Both the position numbers and the translations under genes were made by a program. From a virus (Duplodnaviria; Caudoviricetes), in the IMG/VR virus record IMGVR_UViG_3300029822_000052, positions 1 through 30,616 of that record: a DNA stretch of 30,616 nt; one strand, written 5' to 3'. This document shows, in pieces, positions 24,060 through 30,616 of this stretch. The notes beneath the pieces are model-generated. The model was not told the DNA's origin. It saw nothing but the letters and a program-made list of their open reading frames with translations, and did no database searches. Positions within the stretch are counted from its first letter, which is position 1. Each line of letters begins with the position of its first letter.

Positions 24060-24290
24060 TTAAAATTCCTCCTGTACATAAAAATTCGTAGTTAAAACCG
24101 TTCCGTCATCGCTGCGGGTGATGAAGGTATTCATTTCCTTTGCGCCGTATGTATCGCCCTGCTGCAACACCGTGCTTGCTACCTCTAGGGCAACGTCCGC
24201 TTGCACAACATCTCCACCGCGTCCAACGAGATTGTACCTTATTCTCCCGTCCTGCTCGTCTACAATCATGTCTTTATATGGTTTTGCCAT
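24060..24290 (-). CDS. Small tail-associated protein
   Basis: 76 aa, QQGDTYGAKEMN motif; GGAGG RBS. Confidence 0.6.
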   Translation of the reverse strand: MAKPYKDMIVDEQDGRIRYNLVGRGGDVVQADVALEVASTVLQQGDTYGAKEMNTFITRSDDGTVLTTNFYVQEEF

Positions 24291-24301
24291 TTCTATACCT
24301 C

Positions 24302-24724
24302 CTATACCGATATTTTGGGTTCTATGTATTGGTTTACGCCCAGCACCATTGACAGCACCGGACGATTAGCCCATGTGTTTAATATGTCGTTATATATAAT
24401 TAAGAGAGACCCTTCAATCCTGTTCAGATCGGCGTGCGTCCAGATTGCTTTGTTTGCCACCCATGTCTTTGTTGGCGGGATTTTGGGGTTTCTGAATCCG
24501 GCATCTGCCAAAATGTCAATGTTGCGTTCGACGTTGTTATAAAAATCCGCAAAGCCAATATCATCAATGCCATAATCCTGCATCTCCATGATGGGAAATG
24601 GAGCATGTTCCTCGCTAATTAAATGTTGTAGCCAAAGGATATTGTTTTTAATGCGGAAATAATCAGTATACAGATCGAAGCCGTCCGTTGCTTTCCAGTC
24701 TGTTTTAGGTGGTATCCAAGCCAT
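24302..24724 (-). CDS. Tail-associated protein
   Basis: MAWIPPKTDW..D.F...DYFRIKNN; DLNRIE repeat. Confidence 0.65.
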   Translation of the reverse strand: MAWIPPKTDWKATDGFDLYTDYFRIKNNILWLQHLISEEHAPFPIMEMQDYGIDDIGFADFYNNVERNIDILADAGFRNPKIPPTKTWVANKAIWTHADLNRIEGSLLIIYNDILNTWANRPVLSMVLGVNQYIEPKISV

Positions 24725-25530
24725 CAGAATGTTACCTCCTGTATTTCGTTTACAGTAACGGCAATTGTTACGTTTGCGGAGCCGTCGAAACTTGCAGAAC
24801 CTGTGGCATCACCAGAAAGAGCAATTGTCCGTGCCGTTGTTAGAGCATCTGCTTTATCTGCCGCCATATTATTGTTTGTGTCATAATCACTTTTAAGCAT
24901 ATTGCCGCCACCAGCATTGAAAGCACCATAATTCTTCCAACCTTGTGGTTGGGCAAGATACATATACAATATGTTAGGATCTTCCTCAGTACCTGCACCT
25001 ACTGTATAAGTATCACCTACTGTAGGGCTAGGTACATTAGCTAATAAATCAGCATAAGTAGGATAGTGCCCTTTTACAGTAAAGGCTGGCCCTTGTACAC
25101 CTTGATCGCCCTGTGGACCTTCATCACCTTGAGGTCCACGAGTACCTGTAGTTTCATTAATTGAAACAACAGTAGCTTGCGTATCCGCTGTAAGAGTCGC
25201 ATTTACAGAATAAGAATGAACCCAATTTTGTCCATCGGTCCATTTCATTGCAACATTAAACGTATCACCTACAATTAAAGCTGAACTAGCCTTTGTAGGA
25301 TCATACGTAAAAGTAGCTCCTAATGTAGGTTCATTAGTAGAAACAATTACATCATTGTAATATGGGCCAGCAAAACCACGAGGGCCTCTCGCGGGAATGC
25401 CTGTATTTTCATATTCATCTGCGGCTTCATTCCAACGAAACCAATTTCCTGTTGTAGTGTCAACATATGGAGTAGCATTGATAATATGCTTTTCCATTTC
25501 TGCTGCACTAGCCCATCTAGATATTGCCAT
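24724..25530 (-). CDS. Collagen-like tail fibre protein
   Basis: GPQGDEGPQGDQGVQGP; C-terminal LTTARTIALSGDATGSASFDGSANV fibre motif; start at 25530. Confidence 0.7.
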   Translation of the reverse strand: MAISRWASAAEMEKHIINATPYVDTTTGNWFRWNEAADEYENTGIPARGPRGFAGPYYNDVIVSTNEPTLGATFTYDPTKASSALIVGDTFNVAMKWTDGQNWVHSYSVNATLTADTQATVVSINETTGTRGPQGDEGPQGDQGVQGPAFTVKGHYPTYADLLANVPSPTVGDTYTVGAGTEEDPNILYMYLAQPQGWKNYGAFNAGGGNMLKSDYDTNNNMAADKADALTTARTIALSGDATGSASFDGSANVTIAVTVNEIQEVTF

Positions 25531-25789
25531 CTTGCTCCTCCTTTGGTTGATCATAACCTTTTATATAATCACATAACAATGTAATTATATTCTGTAAGTC
25601 CGCGAGTGTTGCTTCTTGCTGATCAATTGGTACATCAGATTCTCCAGCAAGTATCTGACCGATCTTAAAGTAACAATCACCAAGTTGCTTATAATCATCA
25701 GCCTTAGTTCGAATTTGTTCTATAATTTGTGTACATACTCTATGTTTATCCTTGTACACATTTTCTTCTTTAAGAAGCTTTGTCTCCAT
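25517..25789 (-). CDS. Hypothetical protein
   Basis: Probable start METKLL at 25789 with GGAGG RBS. Confidence 0.6.
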   Translation of the reverse strand: METKLLKEENVYKDKHRVCTQIIEQIRTKADDYKQLGDCYFKIGQILAGESDVPIDQQEATLADLQNIITLLCDYIKGYDQPKEEQDGNI

Positions 25790-27821
25790 TTTGCGCCTCC
25801 AATTCTTGAACTCGTTTTTGTAGCTTACGAATTTCATTTGTAAGTATTGCTGTTATCTTGTCGTACATGATACCAGACGGTTCATCGTTTTCATACACAG
25901 TAACATACTTACAAGCTTCGTCCATATCCTCTGCGATAAAACCAATTTGAACCTCACCTTCATGACCTTCTTTAAGCTCGTAAGTTACAGGTTGTAGTTT
26001 ATCAAAATCGTATGCTGCGTCAGTCATAGGCTTAATGTTCTTTTTAATCTTACGTGAACTCTTATTAACTAAGTGCACCGCTTGAACATAATCAAAGTAA
26101 TATGTACCTGTTCCTATATTACATGTTGCTGCAGTAACAGGTGTAAGAGATACATGAACTGTACCATCAGGTCTCCACATACGCATCCTATATGTATTAC
26201 CTTGTAAGTTGAAATCACAATACGAAGATGTAATACTCATAGCAGATGACATAATATTGGTAGAAACACCAGATATATTTAAGTCAGCATCACTCGCAAG
26301 GTATATATTTTTACCATTACGAGTCTCCCACATCATTTCATTTGCATATGCACAGAAGAGACCAACTAACGTATTGTTGTAGTAATAGTCAGTTCTTCCT
26401 TGAGTCTGTATAGACTTATATGCACCAGATACTGTGGTGAATGAACCATTAAGATTCAATGCACCAGTCAAGTTAATCTTAGATGCAGATATAGCAACAG
26501 TGGTAGCAGATTGATTTATCTTAGTTGCTATAGTATTACCGTTATAATCTGTAGAAGATACCTTAGATGAAATTTCAGTAGCTGTTTGACTCACATATGA
26601 ATTATATGTAGTCTTATCAACCTTCTTATTAACTTCAGTTGTAATATTAGTAGCTGTAATTTTAAGTTGAGCTACATCAGCTTCAGTATCTGATAAAGTA
26701 ACACTAAACTCATCAATAGTAGCTACTATCTCATTAGTTCTACCTTCAAGTTTTTTAATAACTCGATTGACTGCTGCTTTAGTAGACAGTGTTCTATCGC
26801 CAGTAGAAGTTAATACAAGCTTACCCGGTGTACGTTCTACTTTCATAGCAATAGTAGGAAGATTACTTTCTCTAAAAGATGTGACCTTAAAATGATCACC
26901 AGGCAAAATCTGTATATCTTCATTGATTATAGTAGCTGTCACTGGTGCATACGTAAAACCATTAAGTACATTATAGATCGCTGTAACTGCAGGTCTTAAC
27001 TGAGCATCAGAAGTGGCATACAGTAAGGGGTTCTCTTTAATATTATAAGAGTTAGTTCCAGTACCAACAATAACCCCAATATCAGTTTCAGTAGATACAA
27101 CAGATACTTTGGTAATAGGATCAGTTACATAGTCCGCAACCTTCAGATCAAAAGTATTTGTATTATCTATTACAACATCTGACTCAGAGTACCACTTAGG
27201 CTCTAATCTACCTTGCTTATCTATTATAAAGAAGCGCGCAGAAGCTTCACCGATCCAATGCAATACGTCACGAGCTGTAAGATTTTCTGCAGTAAAATTC
27301 TGCTGTACAACAAATGTTGAATTTGGAAATACAGCAGTGAGTGGTGTAACACCAACAAAAGAACATAAAGATTGAAATATCTGCCCTATAGTTCTATTAG
27401 CTGGCAATGCTGCTGCCCATGAGGTAGCGTCAATATCAAATTTTGCCATGCGATCAAGCATAGTGACATTCCATTGAGTATCATTTATACGCTCAACTTT
27501 TGATGGAGTAAATAATCCCATAGATGCTGTATTATCAACGAAGTAATAATTATCACCATCACGAAACATCAGCTCATCGCCATCACGAAATATGTATGGA
27601 CCGACCTCTATATAATCGTAGGAAAATTCTTTCCCAGATATTTGTGGTAAAGTCATCGACAGATCTTTAACCTTAAAGTTTAGTTCAGCAGCAACGCAAG
27701 ATCCAAGTTGTAAGTTAGTACCAGAGTTGCATTGCTCTGTTAACTTTATAAGGTCAACTATATTAGTATTATCAAATGATACTGTACCATCTGTCGAACT
27801 TATAGCATAACGTAATGCCAT
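25770..27821 (-). CDS. Tail tip/spike protein with C-terminal intramolecular chaperone (peptidase S74-like)
   Basis: Baseplate-hub-like N-terminus (LGSCVAAEL), coiled-coil repeats, SSRKIKKNI..LQPVTY..IGFIAE C-terminus. Confidence 0.8.
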   Translation of the reverse strand: MALRYAISSTDGTVSFDNTNIVDLIKLTEQCNSGTNLQLGSCVAAELNFKVKDLSMTLPQISGKEFSYDYIEVGPYIFRDGDELMFRDGDNYYFVDNTASMGLFTPSKVERINDTQWNVTMLDRMAKFDIDATSWAAALPANRTIGQIFQSLCSFVGVTPLTAVFPNSTFVVQQNFTAENLTARDVLHWIGEASARFFIIDKQGRLEPKWYSESDVVIDNTNTFDLKVADYVTDPITKVSVVSTETDIGVIVGTGTNSYNIKENPLLYATSDAQLRPAVTAIYNVLNGFTYAPVTATIINEDIQILPGDHFKVTSFRESNLPTIAMKVERTPGKLVLTSTGDRTLSTKAAVNRVIKKLEGRTNEIVATIDEFSVTLSDTEADVAQLKITATNITTEVNKKVDKTTYNSYVSQTATEISSKVSSTDYNGNTIATKINQSATTVAISASKINLTGALNLNGSFTTVSGAYKSIQTQGRTDYYYNNTLVGLFCAYANEMMWETRNGKNIYLASDADLNISGVSTNIMSSAMSITSSYCDFNLQGNTYRMRMWRPDGTVHVSLTPVTAATCNIGTGTYYFDYVQAVHLVNKSSRKIKKNIKPMTDAAYDFDKLQPVTYELKEGHEGEVQIGFIAEDMDEACKYVTVYENDEPSGIMYDKITAILTNEIRKLQKRVQELEAQNGDKAS

Positions 27822-27822
27822 A

Positions 27823-28221
27823 CTACACCTCGATTATATGTATTTGAAAGTTCTGATACAAACCTCGGTTAGTAGCATCATCATGCAGGTAGGTATCATA
27901 ACTATGGTTAGAACAGTAAGCTGTCATCGTACGAGGTACACCATTTTCAATGTAAGCCCATGTAAATATTTTGCCTTGAAGCAGATCAACAGTCGCCTGA
28001 TATTCTTCACTAGTAAGATTAGCATACGAAAGATTAAATTTTTTCATATCTGTGCGTACCCAATTGATATGCATGATACCATCTCGAGTACGCCCAGATT
28101 CTGAATCAGCTAAACTTTCATGAGTTACTTTTATATTACTATCCGGCTCATAGATTGCAGTTCCATTCACCTTAAAGTATAATGATCTACGTCGTGTTGA
28201 CGGAGGAATTACAATAGCCAT
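27823..28221 (-). CDS. Distal tail protein-like
   Basis: SESGRTRDGIMH motif; directly after the tape measure gene. Confidence 0.65.
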   Translation of the reverse strand: MAIVIPPSTRRRSLYFKVNGTAIYEPDSNIKVTHESLADSESGRTRDGIMHINWVRTDMKKFNLSYANLTSEEYQATVDLLQGKIFTWAYIENGVPRTMTAYCSNHSYDTYLHDDATNRGLYQNFQIHIIEV

Positions 28222-28222
28222 A

Positions 28223-30616
28223 TTAGTACACCTCTATTGGAGTATTTCCAGTTTGATCGGTAATGTCATTGATTCTACCAATTGCAATATCACCAAGTAC
28301 CTTACCATCAACTTGCAATACAATTCTTTGTTCTCCAGAGTTGTTTCCAGCCCCGGACCCCGAACTTAAAACCTCCGCAACCGCTTGCGCGACTCCGCGA
28401 GAAACAGCACTTACTATTTGGTCGTTATTAGCAACTGCAGTGCGATTACCGACCTGGCCAACCATCTCAGGCCCCATTTCACCTGCTACGAACAACGCGC
28501 CAGTAGTCGGGAAACCGCCTTCTTTATACCACTCTACATTCAACTTAGGTGTCTGACCTGTCTGTGCGTTAAACGACCCAGACATCTTGAAGTGCGGCAT
28601 CTTGATATTTACACCCTTAAACATATCTGACATTGTTTGTCGCAATGTAGGTATCAGAGAGTTCAATCCGTTGATCAATGATTGAATCAAGTTCTTACCA
28701 GTGTCAAAGAAGCTCTGCATATATGGACCAGGTACTTTAAGTAACTCATCAAAACTATTTTGCATCAGCTTGATAGCTTGCGGCATTTCTTTCTCCATAC
28801 CAGTTTCATAACCGTGAATGGTATCATAGCCAATTTTGATCATCTCTTTTGAATCACTATGACTATCAAGTATGGACTTAGGCGTTTCTAAGCACTCCTT
28901 AAAATGGGCACCAAGCACCGATAAATCCTCACCTTTGTTAATTTGCTCCTTAAGACCTGTTACATAACCGTTTATTGTATCTTTACCAACACCACTTAAA
29001 TCCGCAGATGTATTTGTTTTAGCAGCGAAAGTTTTTATACCTTCTGAAATACCTTCAAGCCCTTCAGCGGTATCTTTCATAGATGTAGCATATAATATTT
29101 CTTCATATGATCCCAAAGAGCCACCTTGGAATATAGATAATAAACCAGCTATAAATTTATCACCCCAAGTAGCATTATTGATATTGGCTTCTAGAGCTTC
29201 ATCAAATTGCTGCGTAAAGCTAGATGCTATATTATCAGTAACACCTTGCATATCTTGCTCAATTTGTGCTACTTGTAAATCTGTGTTCTCTTTTGTTTTC
29301 GCTGCAAGATTACGGAACATAACAGCATTATCCATATCGCCAAGTGCTTCAGCTCTCAGTGCAAGAGTTTCAAATTCAGTTTGAGCAGCAACACCAGCAT
29401 CAAGTACAGCAGTTTTAGCTTCATCCGCTTTTTCGGCCATACCATCAAGAGCAGCTTTAGCAGCCTCTTCTGATTCAAAGTTAAGCTGTTTAGAGTTGAA
29501 ATCTTCAACGTAAGCACCCCAGCGTATAGAACCCTCATCAGCAGTAACTGACAAGTCCTCAAGTTTACCATACAATGCATCAAGTTCTGCATTTGCAGCA
29601 TCAAGCTCAACTTGGTTCATGCCAACCATGGATTCTTGAACAGCTATAATCTCATCAACAATTAAATCAGTCTCTGACTTCATTGAGTTTTCAAACTCAA
29701 CAATCTTACGCATAAGACCATCGACATCTTCTATAGAAGACAATACAGCTTCATTCATAGAAGTTTTAAGATACGTGATTACTGTATTAGATATAGCCTC
29801 AAACTCAGTGTGCATTTGTTCACGTAATTCTTGAGTTTTAGCTACAAGAGCATCAACCATACCTTGTGTTACTTCAGGTGCACCTTGCATACGAATTAAC
29901 ATCAAACCAATATCAGAGGTAGTATTGTTTATATCTTCACGTGCGGTATTCAAAGCAGCTTTAGCATCGAGAACAGGCTGTACCATATCAATCCATGCTT
30001 GATTAGAAGCATTAACTTTTTCAGCATAAGCAGTTATAGCTGCACCTTCATTACTAAAGAAGGCCTCTAGAGTTGCCTGTTCCTGCACATTCTCACAGGC
30101 CATAATAAAACCAACTATAGCACCTATGATCAACCCAATACCAAAGAACATACCATTTATAGATGCATTCAATATACTGATAATTACAATCACAGCACCT
30201 ATAGCTACTACTACAAGCGTAAGTATGTGCGCAAAGTCCATGGTGCCATCCTCCATGTCCTTCATAACAGCAATGTAAGTAACAAGATAGCCTATCGCAA
30301 AACCTGCTAAAAATGCAAGCATCGCAGCTTTTGCTTTATTCCATGATTTAACCAATGAGCCATTACGACCAAGCAATTTATCAAGCCAGCCTACGAACTT
30401 AGAAATCATAGCTATAGCCCAAATAGTCGCAAGTATTGCGGCCACAGTTTTGAGCAATGGTAACATCTTCTTTATAGTCTCAGTCATCTTTTCGAAGATA
30501 GGTGTTATACGGTCCTCAATGCCTTGACCTAAGAAGTTATTGTAATCAACTTCAGGTAACGTGAAGCCGCCACCGCCTCCACCGCCACCTGCTCCACCTT
30601 TACCACCGGAGCCACC
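28223..30616 (-). CDS. Tail tape measure protein, 5' end outside the window
   Basis: Frame stays open to the window edge (Gly-rich linker); TM-like and helical repeats; C-terminal GGFP..G.LFVAGE.GPEMVG..GNRTAVANNDQIV. Confidence 0.9.
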   Translation of the reverse strand, partial: GGSGGKGGAGGGGGGGGFTLPEVDYNNFLGQGIEDRITPIFEKMTETIKKMLPLLKTVAAILATIWAIAMISKFVGWLDKLLGRNGSLVKSWNKAKAAMLAFLAGFAIGYLVTYIAVMKDMEDGTMDFAHILTLVVVAIGAVIVIISILNASINGMFFGIGLIIGAIVGFIMACENVQEQATLEAFFSNEGAAITAYAEKVNASNQAWIDMVQPVLDAKAALNTAREDINNTTSDIGLMLIRMQGAPEVTQGMVDALVAKTQELREQMHTEFEAISNTVITYLKTSMNEAVLSSIEDVDGLMRKIVEFENSMKSETDLIVDEIIAVQESMVGMNQVELDAANAELDALYGKLEDLSVTADEGSIRWGAYVEDFNSKQLNFESEEAAKAALDGMAEKADEAKTAVLDAGVAAQTEFETLALRAEALGDMDNAVMFRNLAAKTKENTDLQVAQIEQDMQGVTDNIASSFTQQFDEALEANINNATWGDKFIAGLLSIFQGGSLGSYEEILYATSMKDTAEGLEGISEGIKTFAAKTNTSADLSGVGKDTINGYVTGLKEQINKGEDLSVLGAHFKECLETPKSILDSHSDSKEMIKIGYDTIHGYETGMEKEMPQAIKLMQNSFDELLKVPGPYMQSFFDTGKNLIQSLINGLNSLIPTLRQTMSDMFKGVNIKMPHFKMSGSFNAQTGQTPKLNVEWYKEGGFPTTGALFVAGEMGPEMVGQVGNRTAVANNDQIVSAVSRGVAQAVAEVLSSGSGAGNNSGEQRIVLQVDGKVLGDIAIGRINDITDQTGNTPIEVY

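Noticed and set aside
23466-27821. Diversity-generating retroelement or invertible tail-fibre system
   Set aside because: No reverse transcriptase, invertase, TR/VR pair or flanking inverted repeats visible in the window
30565-30616. GC-rich (CCA/CCG)n repeat
   Set aside because: Encodes the Gly-rich linker of the tape measure protein
1-30616. Alternative genetic code or stop-codon reassignment
   Set aside because: Core genes are full length under the standard bacterial code and use all three stops

Overview
The whole window is part of a temperate Siphoviridae-like phage, most likely of a Bacillota/Clostridia host (inferred from protein families and GGAGG-type RBSs). It appears to be in the excised/circular form: an attP made of the 3' half of a tRNA-Ser(GCT) gene lies between the integrase and the lysis genes, with phage genes on both sides. 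Right to left on the minus strand: tape measure (truncated), distal tail, tail/fibre proteins, amidase and holins, attP; then a plus-strand lysogeny block (cI, a decayed accessory cassette, ImmA-like protease, integrase); then the minus-strand early operon (cro, HTH regulators, Gp157, Sak/Rad52, SSB, initiator, Zn-finger, helicase, resolvase, YopX), a late regulator, a metallophosphoesterase, DUF3310, terminase, portal, minor capsid and scaffold (truncated). The most unusual part is the 1.4 kb between cro and cI. It has two near-identical operator-containing consensus promoters, three copies of a ~30 nt leader that delimit cassettes, and a ~390 nt non-coding stretch that folds by eye into at least 10 helices and two pseudoknots with strand-specific G-U pairs: a candidate large structured RNA that I could not assign to a known family. 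Also notable: two HNH endonucleases that seem to have captured the 5' ends of their neighbouring genes, repeated antisense promoters in the early operon, and several deletion-derived gene stubs or chimeras. Family names come from motif recognition and memory; no searches or folding programs were run.
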